The notes below the pieces were generated by a model. That model made no database searches. It was not told the origin of the DNA and saw only the letters and a list, made by a program, of their open reading frames with translations. 64,000 nucleotides of DNA from a virus, in IMG/VR virus record IMGVR_UViG_3300033146_001182, positions 1 to 64,000 of that record. One strand, written 5' to 3'. This document shows positions 1-9,390 of this stretch, one piece after another. How positions within the stretch are numbered: position 1 is the first letter of the stretch; every line of letters begins with the position of its first letter. Position numbers and translations under genes: made by a program.

Positions 1-1368
1 GGTATTAAAAATATAAAAGCATGGGCTAAAGAATATAAAACGGCAGAAGGTTATTTCCATATGGATACGGATGGTGTAACTAGTGCTATCGGTATGAAGG
101 CATATTTGGAGGGTTATGGTATAAAAACTGTGGCTGTTCATAAGATAAATTATGGGTCTAATGAGTTTTCTGCTGTAAAGGCAAAGAAGGGTAATTTGGC
201 ATGGATGGTTGACTTTGCTCATGGTAAACCATTCCTTCATATACATACTGATCACCATGAAGGTCAAACAGGTACAAGTAATCAAACATCTACTGCATTT
301 GAAAAAGCACCTTCTAATGTTGAGGCAATAAGTATGAAAATAAGTCCAAGAAATCTATTTTCTGCTGAGGACATTAAAGTTATATCAACTATTGATAGTG
401 CTGATTTTTCTAAGAATAATATTTCACCAGATCAGGTTATGAACGCAGCATTTGGATTTGATGATTCATTGGATGTTAAACGAAATCATATGATGATGGG
501 TCTTGTCGTTAATAAATTATTATTGGCATATAAGAATAAAAAAGGATTCCTTGAAGAATTGGTGATGAGATCAAAACCTTCTTTGGTGAGTATGTATGTA
601 ACAATCGTTGATATTGCCAAACGAGAAGGATATAAGACACCACTTGAAGTTGGTGCTGGTGTTCAAAATTATGCTTCTGCTCAAGCAGGAAAGATACAAA
701 AACCTAATACCAATCCAAAGAAATTAAAGAGTGGTGAATCCACTATGTGGGGAACAACTTTGGTTCAGTATGGTGGTGGGGGTATGTCAAATGGTTATGA
801 TAGATATACACCATTTAAGAATTGTCCTGATGCTGAGTATTTAATTATTGGGTGGCCGATGGGTTTGGTTCAATTAACTAAAAATCCATTTAAGTCAGAA
901 AAAAATCAATATCATCTAGGTGATGTTGCTCTTAAAACTGTACTTAGTGGTAGTAAATGGAAGGGTAAATTATCTAAAAAAAGAGTATCATTGGCTGAAA
1001 TAAAAAGAATATTTGAGATGGATATCAAACCACAAGATAGAGATGCAATGGGATTTAATTGGGATGATTTTGCTGGTTTGGTGACTAAAGAACAAGTTCG
1101 TGGTTTGGATTTGGATAGTGAGGGTGGTTATACATCATTTATTAAATCAATTTCCAATGTTAAGTTTAATAAATTATCATATAAACAAAAACAAAATCTT
1201 GAAAAAATAACAGTATCAGTATATGATATTATGATGGCACAATCTGGTGGTCATAGAGAAATTACCAATGTTCAAGGTTTCAATTTCTTAGGAAAAGGTT
1301 ACACTGATGACATGAAAGATTTTATGCTAGATTTGGCAAAAGAAATGAAGGATAAAAGGTTACAGTAA
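1..1368 (+). CDS. DHH-superfamily phosphoesterase-like protein, 5'-truncated by window edge
   Basis: Frame open from base 1; motifs FHMDTDG, VDF, TDHH and C-terminal SGGH. Confidence 0.6.
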   Translation, partial: GIKNIKAWAKEYKTAEGYFHMDTDGVTSAIGMKAYLEGYGIKTVAVHKINYGSNEFSAVKAKKGNLAWMVDFAHGKPFLHIHTDHHEGQTGTSNQTSTAFEKAPSNVEAISMKISPRNLFSAEDIKVISTIDSADFSKNNISPDQVMNAAFGFDDSLDVKRNHMMMGLVVNKLLLAYKNKKGFLEELVMRSKPSLVSMYVTIVDIAKREGYKTPLEVGAGVQNYASAQAGKIQKPNTNPKKLKSGESTMWGTTLVQYGGGGMSNGYDRYTPFKNCPDAEYLIIGWPMGLVQLTKNPFKSEKNQYHLGDVALKTVLSGSKWKGKLSKKRVSLAEIKRIFEMDIKPQDRDAMGFNWDDFAGLVTKEQVRGLDLDSEGGYTSFIKSISNVKFNKLSYKQKQNLEKITVSVYDIMMAQSGGHREITNVQGFNFLGKGYTDDMKDFMLDLAKEMKDKRLQ

Positions 1369-1872
1369 ATGAAACTTAATAAGTATCTTAAAGAAGAAGC
1401 CAATAAGTATACTATATATGTTGATATGGATGGTGTGTTATCTGATTTTGTTAGACAAACTGAAGAGACATTTGGTGTTAAGTTTGATACACTATTGAAT
1501 GATGATAGTTTATTTTGGCAATTAATTAGAAAAGCGGGTGAACCATATTGGTCTGAAATGCCAATAATGAAAGATGCTAAGAAACTAATGAATTATATCA
1601 AAGATGAGAATGTAGTTATATTATCATCAGCAGGTTCACCAAGAAATGAATATAAAGATACAATAAGTGGGAAGAAGAAATGGATGAAAAAACATTTCCC
1701 TAATGTTCCTGTTATTATTGAATATAAAAAATATAAGTATGCAAATGATCATTCTATATTGATTGATGATTTGAAGAAAAATATAGATCCTTGGGTTAAA
1801 CATGGTGGAATTGGTATATTACATACTGATGCTGATTCAACTATTAAAAAATTAAAGTCATATGGGATATAA
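1369..1872 (+). CDS. HAD-family 5'(3')-deoxyribonucleotidase
   Basis: YVDMDGVLSDF motif I, ILSS motif II, ILIDD motif IV. Confidence 0.8.
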   Translation: MKLNKYLKEEANKYTIYVDMDGVLSDFVRQTEETFGVKFDTLLNDDSLFWQLIRKAGEPYWSEMPIMKDAKKLMNYIKDENVVILSSAGSPRNEYKDTISGKKKWMKKHFPNVPVIIEYKKYKYANDHSILIDDLKKNIDPWVKHGGIGILHTDADSTIKKLKSYGI

Positions 1873-1874
1873 TA

Positions 1875-2108
1875 ATGAGTAAAATTAAACAAGTGTTAGA
1901 ATCAGAAGCAACAAGATTAAGAAAAGAAGATGATACAAATGAAATCATTAAAGAAATTAATGGACAATTTGAAGATATTACATTTTATCTTGAAGTGATT
2001 AGTGAATCAAAACTGGTTTCTGATAATATTACTAGGAAACTATTGAAAGTAAGACGAGATATATTAAAAATACAATCAGATATAATTAAAGAGAATACAA
2101 GGAGTTAA
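1875..2108 (+). CDS. small hypothetical protein (possible internal head protein)
   Basis: Tightly packed ORF; N-terminus MSKIKQVLESE. Confidence 0.55.
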   Translation: MSKIKQVLESEATRLRKEDDTNEIIKEINGQFEDITFYLEVISESKLVSDNITRKLLKVRRDILKIQSDIIKENTRS

Positions 2109-2110
2109 GA

Positions 2111-2344
2111 ATGAGTAAATTAAAAGAAAAATTATTAATTGAAAGTAATCTTAGAGATGAAATCAAAGAAATAGATAATGTTAATGATTTGAAGGATCAT
2201 TATTATAATGCAGCAGAAGGTGTTTGGGGAACATATGAGTTCTTAAAGGATGTTAAGAATAATCCATCATTAGGTAAAGAATATAAATTATGGGAAAAAA
2301 TTAAACAATTAGTAGATAAATCTGAATTAGGAAAATATCTTTAA
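2111..2344 (+). CDS. small hypothetical protein (possible internal head protein)
   Basis: SD AGGAG; N-terminus MSKLKEKLLIES. Confidence 0.6.
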   Translation: MSKLKEKLLIESNLRDEIKEIDNVNDLKDHYYNAAEGVWGTYEFLKDVKNNPSLGKEYKLWEKIKQLVDKSELGKYL

Positions 2345-2356
2345 TAGGAATATAAT

Positions 2357-3868
2357 ATGTCACTTAAAGACGAGTTTGAAAAATTGAAATTAAAATACCT
2401 TGAAGAAGCAGAAGGTATTGATTCTGACCCTGAAAAAGAGGATACACCAGAATATGAAGAAGTGGAAGGATTTAATATTCTCATACTTACATCATCAACT
2501 GATTCTAAGAACAGACGAACTAAAAAGAATCCGACTGTTACTAAGATAGAAAAATGGTGTAAATCTCATGATGTCAAATATTATACAGCATTTGTTGATA
2601 CTGCATATCTTAAAAAAGATGATGATATAATTAAAATGTATAATGTTGATGATAAAGAAGGTTATGAAATTGATAGAGATAAAACCTTTATTATTGCTAG
2701 AAGAGGTGTAGTATTTCATAGATATTCTCTTAATATTATGACCCGTCTTGAAAGATATCGTTTCTGTTTCTTGAATGAAAGAAATGCCATTGAAACATGT
2801 GAAGACAAATATATGACAACATTAAGATTAGAAGAGGCAAAAATACCAACACCAGAAACATCATTAGTTCCAACTGAGGAAATGATTGATTTGGCACATG
2901 AACAAGTAGGTGGTAAGTTTCCTGTTGTTGTTAAAACATTAAATGGAACACAAGGTAAAGGTGTTTTTATTGTTAATGAATATAAGGCATTGAAATCAAC
3001 ATTACAAGCTATTTGGTCAGTTGGTGATGGTGTTGAAATGATGTTACAAAAATATATCAAATCAGAGTATGATGTTCGTATTCATGTTTTAGGTGATAAA
3101 GTTATTGCCTCAATGAGAAGAGATGTTGTTGATAATGATTTTAGAAGTAATGTTCATTTAGGCGGACAAACAAAGAAATATAAACCCAACAAAGAAATTC
3201 AAGAATTGGCAGTTAGAGCAGCAAAAGCCGTTAAATGTAAATGGGCTGGTGTTGATATTATGTTTGATTCAAAAGGTAATCCATATGTATTAGAAGTAAA
3301 TGCTTCCCCAGGTACAGATGGTATTGAAGAATTAACAAATGAAGATATTGTCGGTAAAGTAATGGAGTTTTCAAAAAATACTATCAATTGGAATAGACCT
3401 TCACAAGAAATTGGTGTTGTTGAAACTATAGAAATTGATGGCATTGGTCAATTACATGCTAGATTTGATACAGGAAATAGTTCTGATAGTTCCTCATTGG
3501 ACGCACAGGACATTAAAATAGATAAAGACAGTATATCATGGGTTACAAACGGTAAACGCCTAACCAGTAAGAAGGTGAAGGATGTTAGAATGAAAAGTAA
3601 TACATCTTCTGATGATAATACTGATGAAAATAGAAGACCAGTTGTTTCATTAAATATTTCATTTGAAGGTGTTTCTTACGAAGATGTTTTATTTAATCTC
3701 AATGATAGAAGTCATAAAACTACACCAGTATTAATTAATAAAGATTTTATGATTCGTTCTGGTAGTGTCATCAATCCAGCAAAGGTTTATAGTGTTACAT
3801 CAAAACCCGATTATCTTAAAAAGAAAAAGAAAAAGAAATTTGAAAAAGAAGAACGGGAAGAAAATTAA
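2357..3868 (+). CDS. RimK-family ATP-grasp ligase fused to C-terminal RimK-associated aspartyl-protease-like domain
   Basis: DKY, PVVVK..GTQGKGV, QKYI..DVRIHV, FRSNVHLGG, GVD, LEVNASPG; C-terminal ARFDTG and PVLIN motifs. Confidence 0.85.
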   Translation: MSLKDEFEKLKLKYLEEAEGIDSDPEKEDTPEYEEVEGFNILILTSSTDSKNRRTKKNPTVTKIEKWCKSHDVKYYTAFVDTAYLKKDDDIIKMYNVDDKEGYEIDRDKTFIIARRGVVFHRYSLNIMTRLERYRFCFLNERNAIETCEDKYMTTLRLEEAKIPTPETSLVPTEEMIDLAHEQVGGKFPVVVKTLNGTQGKGVFIVNEYKALKSTLQAIWSVGDGVEMMLQKYIKSEYDVRIHVLGDKVIASMRRDVVDNDFRSNVHLGGQTKKYKPNKEIQELAVRAAKAVKCKWAGVDIMFDSKGNPYVLEVNASPGTDGIEELTNEDIVGKVMEFSKNTINWNRPSQEIGVVETIEIDGIGQLHARFDTGNSSDSSSLDAQDIKIDKDSISWVTNGKRLTSKKVKDVRMKSNTSSDDNTDENRRPVVSLNISFEGVSYEDVLFNLNDRSHKTTPVLINKDFMIRSGSVINPAKVYSVTSKPDYLKKKKKKKFEKEEREEN

Positions 3869-4455
3869 TGAAACTTAAAATATATTTAACTGAATCTAAA
3901 GAATATTTAGATTGGAAGGAAATTAAACAAGTTATAAAATTAGACTGTCAACCATTCCTCAAAGAAAAAGTTATTTTGTATAGAGGTGGGGGTTATTTTG
4001 GTGATGGTATGATATATAAGAAATTAAGAACAGACAGAATACCTACTGATTTACCGAGGAAACTTCATGATGCTTTTGATAATGTAACAAATAAAAAATA
4101 TGGATTTAAGGCAAGAAGTGAATCTGTATTTGCAACACCAAATATTGTTACTGCTAATAGATATGACAAACCAAATTTAATATTCCCTAAAGGTGATTTT
4201 AAGTATATATGGAGTCCAGATATTAAAGATTTATTTTATAGTTGGTTACATAGTTTTAAGAAAGATGTTAAATTTTTACATGATAAAGAACTTGATGAAT
4301 ATTTTGAAGATTTTATTGATATGTTTTATCAACCATATGGATTAAAAGATATAAAAAAATATGATGTAGAGGTTATGATACATTGCCCAATGGGATATTA
4401 TTTAGTGAATACTGATTATGAACAACAGATAAGAAAGGAATTTAATATTAAGTGA
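3868..4455 (+). CDS. hypothetical protein, possibly ADP-ribosyltransferase-like fold
   Basis: LYRG...SVFAT...EVMI pattern; N-terminus MKLKIYLTES. Confidence 0.45.
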   Translation: MKLKIYLTESKEYLDWKEIKQVIKLDCQPFLKEKVILYRGGGYFGDGMIYKKLRTDRIPTDLPRKLHDAFDNVTNKKYGFKARSESVFATPNIVTANRYDKPNLIFPKGDFKYIWSPDIKDLFYSWLHSFKKDVKFLHDKELDEYFEDFIDMFYQPYGLKDIKKYDVEVMIHCPMGYYLVNTDYEQQIRKEFNIK

Positions 4456-5243
4456 ATAAAATATATATTGATGGGATTGGTCTTCACAGTGGTAAAACTG
4501 TTGGGGTTACTCTTATACCAAATTCAAACCACGGTATAAGATTTTTCAAAAATTCAATACCCGTCACTAAAAATGTGAATAGTACAGAATTATCAACTTC
4601 TATTGGAACAGATAATAAAATATCAACAATTGAACATTTCATGTCATTACTATACGCATTAGAAATGTTTAATGTTGATATTGATGTGGTTGGTAATGAG
4701 ATGCCAATATTAGATGGCAGTTCAATTGAAATATATAATAAAATGTTAGAACAAGATTTTATAGTTGATTGTTCTAATAATCCACCCCCAATTGTAATCA
4801 CTCAAGATTTGAAAGTTACAAAAGGTAATTCATATATAAAAATATCCCCATGTGAGAGGACAGAAATTGATTTTATTATTGATTTTGATCATCCATTGAT
4901 CGGTGAACAGAAATATAACTTTGTATTGACACCAGAGACATATATAAATGAAATTGCACCAGCAAGAACATTTGGTTTCTATAGAGAATATGAATATCTT
5001 AAATCAATAGGTTATGTTAAAGGTGGTTCATTGTCTAATGTCGTTGTCTTAACAGATGATGGAATAATGAATGTTAATGGTTTAAGATTTCCTGATGAGT
5101 TTGTAAGACATAAGATATTAGATTTGATTGGTGATTTTAGTTTATTAGAACGTCCATTTATAGGTAAAATTGAAGCATATAAGTCAGGACATACACTCAA
5201 TAATGAAATGGTAGAATTGATTAAAATGACATTATGCAATTAA
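4452..5243 (+). CDS. lpxC: UDP-3-O-acyl-N-acetylglucosamine deacetylase
   Basis: GIGLHSG, TIEH, EMPILDGS, EIAPARTFGF, RHKILDLIGD (HKxxD Zn motif), KSGHTLN. Confidence 0.93.
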   Translation: MNKIYIDGIGLHSGKTVGVTLIPNSNHGIRFFKNSIPVTKNVNSTELSTSIGTDNKISTIEHFMSLLYALEMFNVDIDVVGNEMPILDGSSIEIYNKMLEQDFIVDCSNNPPPIVITQDLKVTKGNSYIKISPCERTEIDFIIDFDHPLIGEQKYNFVLTPETYINEIAPARTFGFYREYEYLKSIGYVKGGSLSNVVVLTDDGIMNVNGLRFPDEFVRHKILDLIGDFSLLERPFIGKIEAYKSGHTLNNEMVELIKMTLCN

Positions 5244-5285
5244 ACATAATATCATTTATGGTGTTATAGAAGTGATAAAAATTAA

Positions 5286-5507
5286 TTATTTTTTATTTCT
5301 CTTTCTGAATTTCTTTCTGTTTCTAGCAGCGTAAGCTTTCCCCCTGCGGTTTACACATTCTTCAAATCTACCAGTAATTTCATTGAATCTACCAGTTGGA
5401 ATATCCCCATAATCTTTAGTGAAGTCACGATGAACAATTCCGTCAATTTTATGAATATGCCAACATTTATGTTCAATTATTACATCTACAGTTTTATAAA
5501 AAGTCAT
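5286..5507 (-). CDS. small basic early protein
   Basis: ATG at 5507 after SD GGAGA and consensus promoter (start revised from ORF track). Confidence 0.65.
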   Translation of the reverse strand: MTFYKTVDVIIEHKCWHIHKIDGIVHRDFTKDYGDIPTGRFNEITGRFEECVNRRGKAYAARNRKKFRKRNKK

Positions 5508-5527
5508 ATCAATTCTCCCAAAAGAAA

Positions 5528-5580
5528 GGGTTATCACCAACTCACAAACTTAGTATAACCTTTCTTGATTATAAAGTCAA
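5528..5580 (-). promoter_or_regulatory. sigma70-type early promoter plus conserved leader (copy 1)
   Basis: TTGACT-17-TATACT then TTGTGAGTTGGTGATAACCC. Confidence 0.85.
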
Positions 5581-5744
5581 GAATTAAAAATTAACTCTCA
5601 ACCCAAATATTTATATTATCCCACACCCTTTCATTGATAATATCATCTTGTAAATCAACCCTCGTTCTATTGAACCACCCTGTATGTTGGGTTTACGTTC
5701 TTCAACCAACAACCATCGGGTTTAGTGTTCAACAGCAAAACGAT

Positions 5745-5915
5745 TTACAAATTTTTCAAATATTTGTCCACAATTTCTTCAAGATCAGACCACAGTAATC
5801 CATCACCTTGTGCAACAGAATTCCGAACGGCTAACATGAAGTCCATATAGTCTTGAGTATTTCTTGTGGAATTTTCAAATTTCTTAAATGCGGATTCAAA
5901 AGCTAATTTTTTCAT
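5745..5915 (-). CDS. small hypothetical protein (56 aa)
   Basis: MKKLAFESAF...KYLKNL, translated by hand; purine-rich SD upstream. Confidence 0.5.
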   Translation of the reverse strand: MKKLAFESAFKKFENSTRNTQDYMDFMLAVRNSVAQGDGLLWSDLEEIVDKYLKNL

Positions 5916-5966
5916 AGTTTCTATTCCCCTACTAATTTATTAGTTAATTCCCACCCAAATATTAGA

Positions 5967-6119
5967 TTAAAATGACACATCTTTTTTGATGATAAATGGT
6001 GTTCCAATATTATTAATAGACCATAACATATTACATTCAATACATTTTTTACAATGTTTTGATACTTTAGGCATTCGTTTTTGTTTGTTTTCCTTTGCAC
6101 CACAATTTGGACAATTCAT
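5967..6119 (-). CDS. small Zn-ribbon protein (50 aa)
   Basis: MNCPNCG...CKKCIEC; SD GGAGG; replaces shadow ORF 5921..6103. Confidence 0.65.
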   Translation of the reverse strand: MNCPNCGAKENKQKRMPKVSKHCKKCIECNMLWSINNIGTPFIIKKDVSF

Positions 6120-6146
6120 TAGTTAATCCTCCACTCAAATATTACC

Positions 6147-6374
6147 TTATGCCATACAATCATAACCATCATGGTAGACAGAACAATTATTTTCTTTACA
6201 GTATTTCCGCCAGATATCTCGTTCTTTAGCTTCTTCCATCAAATCCTCATAACGGTCAATTAAAGAATATCTACGGTCATCTGAAGCATTGTAGGCATTA
6301 CCTAATGATTTAGCAGTTTTCTTCAACCATTTCAATAATTGAACATCTGACATTTCTTTTGGATTTTTCATCAT
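6147..6374 (-). CDS. hypothetical early protein
   Basis: SD AGGAG; TTGACA-17-TATTAT at 6392-6420. Confidence 0.65.
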   Translation of the reverse strand: MMKNPKEMSDVQLLKWLKKTAKSLGNAYNASDDRRYSLIDRYEDLMEEAKERDIWRKYCKENNCSVYHDGYDCMA

Positions 6375-6428
6375 TTATCTCCTAAAAGAAAATAATAACC
6401 CATTTGATGAATAATGTCAAGAAAATTA

Positions 6429-6818
6429 TTAACCTTCATATACATATGGTTTGTTCCACTTACCAATATTGATTTCAGTATAAAATCCAACGTCAAAGTA
6501 ATCAGTCATTCTATCCGAATTGTCATAATTACCAATATTCATAGCTTCATTTACTTCACTAAGAAATGCGGCTGCCTTAGGATTATCTTTATAATGATCT
6601 TGGGGATTATCTTTATAATGATCTTGGATATGATATTGATTAACTTGTTCGTAACCACGTTCTGAACCCTTCAAAAAGTCAATTTTACCTTTACGAATAT
6701 TTAACACCAATACTTGATAATGATGAACAGCCAGAGTGGCACTGATTCCATATTGTTTACAGATTTCTTTGATTTTAGGGGCGAGTTCTTTTTTCATTTC
6801 TTGAGACATATAAGCCAT
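6429..6818 (-). CDS. hypothetical early phage protein
   Basis: Own promoter and SD; contains exact 24-bp duplication. Confidence 0.75.
   Translation of the reverse strand: MAYMSQEMKKELAPKIKEICKQYGISATLAVHHYQVLVLNIRKGKIDFLKGSERGYEQVNQYHIQDHYKDNPQDHYKDNPKAAAFLSEVNEAMNIGNYDNSDRMTDYFDVGFYTEINIGKWNKPYVYEG
6580..6627. repeat. exact 24-bp tandem duplication (QDHYKDNP x2)
   Basis: GGATTATCTTTATAATGATCTTGG twice. Confidence 0.9.
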
Positions 6819-6837
6819 AATTTTCTCCCAAAAGAAA

Positions 6838-6890
6838 GGGTTATCACCAACTCACAAACCAATTATACAGGAATGGTGTGATAAGGTCAA
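6838..6890 (-). promoter_or_regulatory. sigma70-type early promoter plus conserved leader (copy 2)
   Basis: TTGACC-17-TATAAT then TTGTGAGTTGGTGATAACCC. Confidence 0.85.
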
Positions 6891-6896
6891 GATATT

Positions 6897-7295
6897 TTAT
6901 TCATGAATTTCCCTTACAACTTCAGCATCTTCAGCGTTATTAATAATGTGATATGCGGCATCAATTTTAATATCAAAGTGAACATATTTGTCGCCTTGCA
7001 TACCTTGCTCAGAGTAACCCATTTCATCTACCAGACCATACTCATCGTCAAGATAGTTAATAACATCTTCTTCAAAAACACGGTCAGTGTAAATAAGACC
7101 GTCTTTACGGACATCCCAATCATTCTCATCAAAATGAACCTCAAGAAATGCCCAACGACCATACATGACATCATCAACGATTTCAATTTTAATTTCTTTG
7201 ATACGAACTTTACGGGCAGGAACATTACTCCACAGAGATTTTGCACCGAAGTTGAACCATACATCTTCTGTTGGGATGGTGTATACTTTATTCAT
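6897..7295 (-). CDS. hypothetical early protein
   Basis: Start revised to MNKVYT after SD AGGAG. Confidence 0.7.
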   Translation of the reverse strand: MNKVYTIPTEDVWFNFGAKSLWSNVPARKVRIKEIKIEIVDDVMYGRWAFLEVHFDENDWDVRKDGLIYTDRVFEEDVINYLDDEYGLVDEMGYSEQGMQGDKYVHFDIKIDAAYHIINNAEDAEVVREIHE

Positions 7296-7318
7296 ATCAA
7301 ATCTCCTAAAAAGAAAAA

Positions 7319-7371
7319 GGATTATTACCAACTCACAAGAAGATAATAACCCATATTTGAAATGGAGTCAA
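7319..7371 (-). promoter_or_regulatory. sigma70-type early promoter plus leader variant (copy 3)
   Basis: TTGACT-17-TATTAT then TTGTGAGTTGGTAATAATCC. Confidence 0.8.
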
Positions 7372-7374
7372 GAG

Positions 7375-7719
7375 TTAATTTGGTGCTGCCTCCAAACATT
7401 CCGTCATTTGTTTTGCAGCAAAATCATCAATCACTTGTTGACGATATTTTTCTTTAACCCTTTTTACTTTATATGCATCTATGATTATTAGAGTAACTAA
7501 TTCATCAATTGTATCATATTGACTATTATGTTTCTTGGCATATTCTTGTTGTTTTTTAATCATATCTTTCATTGGTGTTCCATTTTGTCTATGTATCATA
7601 ATGTTTTCTGATACAGTGTAAAATATTGAACATACTTGTCTATCTTCTGCGGTAATTTGTCCAAATGCCGAACCACTCATAATAATAATTAATAGACATA
7701 CTAATATAATATTTTTCAT
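7375..7719 (-). CDS. secreted hypothetical protein
   Basis: Start revised to MKNIILVCLLIII (signal peptide). Confidence 0.6.
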   Translation of the reverse strand: MKNIILVCLLIIIMSGSAFGQITAEDRQVCSIFYTVSENIMIHRQNGTPMKDMIKKQQEYAKKHNSQYDTIDELVTLIIIDAYKVKRVKEKYRQQVIDDFAAKQMTECLEAAPN

Positions 7720-7720
7720 A

Positions 7721-8611
7721 TTAACTCTCCCTTTTGAATGGTAACTCAAATGGAAGGATTGATTGTTGAAAACCAGATGCACCCATGTGTCCACCACCCC
7801 CATATTTTTTTGCAATACTTCCAACATCTACATTTTTCTTATCGGTATACATTGATATGGTCCATTTACCGTTTGTAAAGCCAAAGGTTAATACGGCATC
7901 ATAATCCCTATGATTGAACTTAGAATCAAACAGTTGTGAATTGATATTCATTGCATTTGCTGCCAAAAACCTATGATTTTCAAAATACAAATCAAATGAA
8001 TGTGATTTACAATATGATTCATTCAATTGTGTCTGGTAATCATAACAAATATCCCCAATTCTTATAATTTCATCATATAAATCTTCATCTTCTTCAATAA
8101 TTTTTTTCCAGAATAACCTATCATCAGCATTAGGGTCTTTGAATCTAATACCTGTCTGATAAATTAATACATCTTCATGGAAATCCAAATCCCATACATC
8201 ATATCTACCAATCAATTGAATTCCTCTTGGATAGATTTTATCAGCTGTAAACCACTCCCATGTTAATTCACATCCAGCATCACCAACTCGTTGAATTCCT
8301 TGAAATGATTGTCCTGATTTTTTCATATCTTCAATTGCTGTTTTATGATGATCTATCCAAATAAAATTATCTTCACCGACAATTTCTTTGAGTTTAATCA
8401 TATCGGAAAATGGTTGAAGACCAAAATCAACCATATATACTTTCTGTGCTCGCTTAATAAGATTCCAAGGAACATCATATCCATAGTTCATTTTATACAT
8501 CTGACATTCTTTACCAAGATTTTCTTCAAAGTATCCTACAATTGCTCCTGCACTAATTCCATCTGCGTCATTATGATGAATTACTAGATTTTCAATATCT
8601 TTTTGTTTCAT
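7721..8611 (-). CDS. DHH/DHHA1 phosphoesterase
   Basis: HHNDADG, MVDF, IDHH, GGGGHMGASGF. Confidence 0.9.
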   Translation of the reverse strand: MKQKDIENLVIHHNDADGISAGAIVGYFEENLGKECQMYKMNYGYDVPWNLIKRAQKVYMVDFGLQPFSDMIKLKEIVGEDNFIWIDHHKTAIEDMKKSGQSFQGIQRVGDAGCELTWEWFTADKIYPRGIQLIGRYDVWDLDFHEDVLIYQTGIRFKDPNADDRLFWKKIIEEDEDLYDEIIRIGDICYDYQTQLNESYCKSHSFDLYFENHRFLAANAMNINSQLFDSKFNHRDYDAVLTFGFTNGKWTISMYTDKKNVDVGSIAKKYGGGGHMGASGFQQSILPFELPFKRES

Positions 8612-9390
8612 TGTGTTAATCCCTTCTTATATGTAATGTATTTTTTATAATTTATTTCTTCATCAATTGTAAAATAATCATATTCACATTCAACATTAAT
8701 AAAATGTCTTTGTATGTATTGTGACCATTCAGTTTTTTTGGGTAATGTTGGGTATATATTCTCATCTAATGATATATTAATATGATATATGATGTCATCT
8801 AACATTTCTTTTATATGAGATTTTACTAAGTCACCTCTATCATTTAATGTAAGTGATATTTTATTACCTTTATTATCAATCATATAACCATTTTTGAAGG
8901 TAACATCTTTAGCATCATCAAAAAATGGAATAATGAACTTCTTCCCTTTATATTCACTATAATATTCATCACGATCTATATCAACAAAGACTTTTCTGAC
9001 AAATTCTTTGTGGTAATTCCCCGTATTTGATTTTTGCCAATACTCAAATATAGGTAAACCCTTTTGTTCAATGTGTCCATATATAAATGATTCTTGATTA
9101 TATTCCAATGAAAATTGTGTAAGGTCTTTTATAGTAATGTTGGGGATAAAAAATGAATGTTCTTTCCCACCAAAATGTCCATCAATTACCCTATAACCAT
9201 ATCGTTTAGTAGATAGATGTTCTTTGAATTCATCTACCAATAATTTATTCTCTTTTGGTGATATCAATTCCCCCATCGGATTTTCAGGTGTCATGATCCC
9301 AAAAGTTTTAATTGTTGGTTTATATCCCGCTAATGCCAATTTTAATTGAGAAGATGTAGATTCATTTATATATTTTGACAACTTACTCAT
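8608..9390 (-). CDS. hypothetical protein (DUF3293-like)
   Basis: IMTPENP...EHSFFI...YNQESFIY; N-terminus MSKLSKYINES. Confidence 0.55.
   Translation of the reverse strand: MSKLSKYINESTSSQLKLALAGYKPTIKTFGIMTPENPMGELISPKENKLLVDEFKEHLSTKRYGYRVIDGHFGGKEHSFFIPNITIKDLTQFSLEYNQESFIYGHIEQKGLPIFEYWQKSNTGNYHKEFVRKVFVDIDRDEYYSEYKGKKFIIPFFDDAKDVTFKNGYMIDNKGNKISLTLNDRGDLVKSHIKEMLDDIIYHINISLDENIYPTLPKKTEWSQYIQRHFINVECEYDYFTIDEEINYKKYITYKKGLTQ

Noticed and set aside
5921-6103. 60-aa ORF from the track
   Set aside because: An overlapping frame (5967-6119) has a proper SD and CxxC motifs.
5528-7338. Repeated 20-mer as a CRISPR array
   Set aside because: Copies are hundreds to thousands of bp apart, each tied to a promoter and SD, with genes rather than spacers between them.
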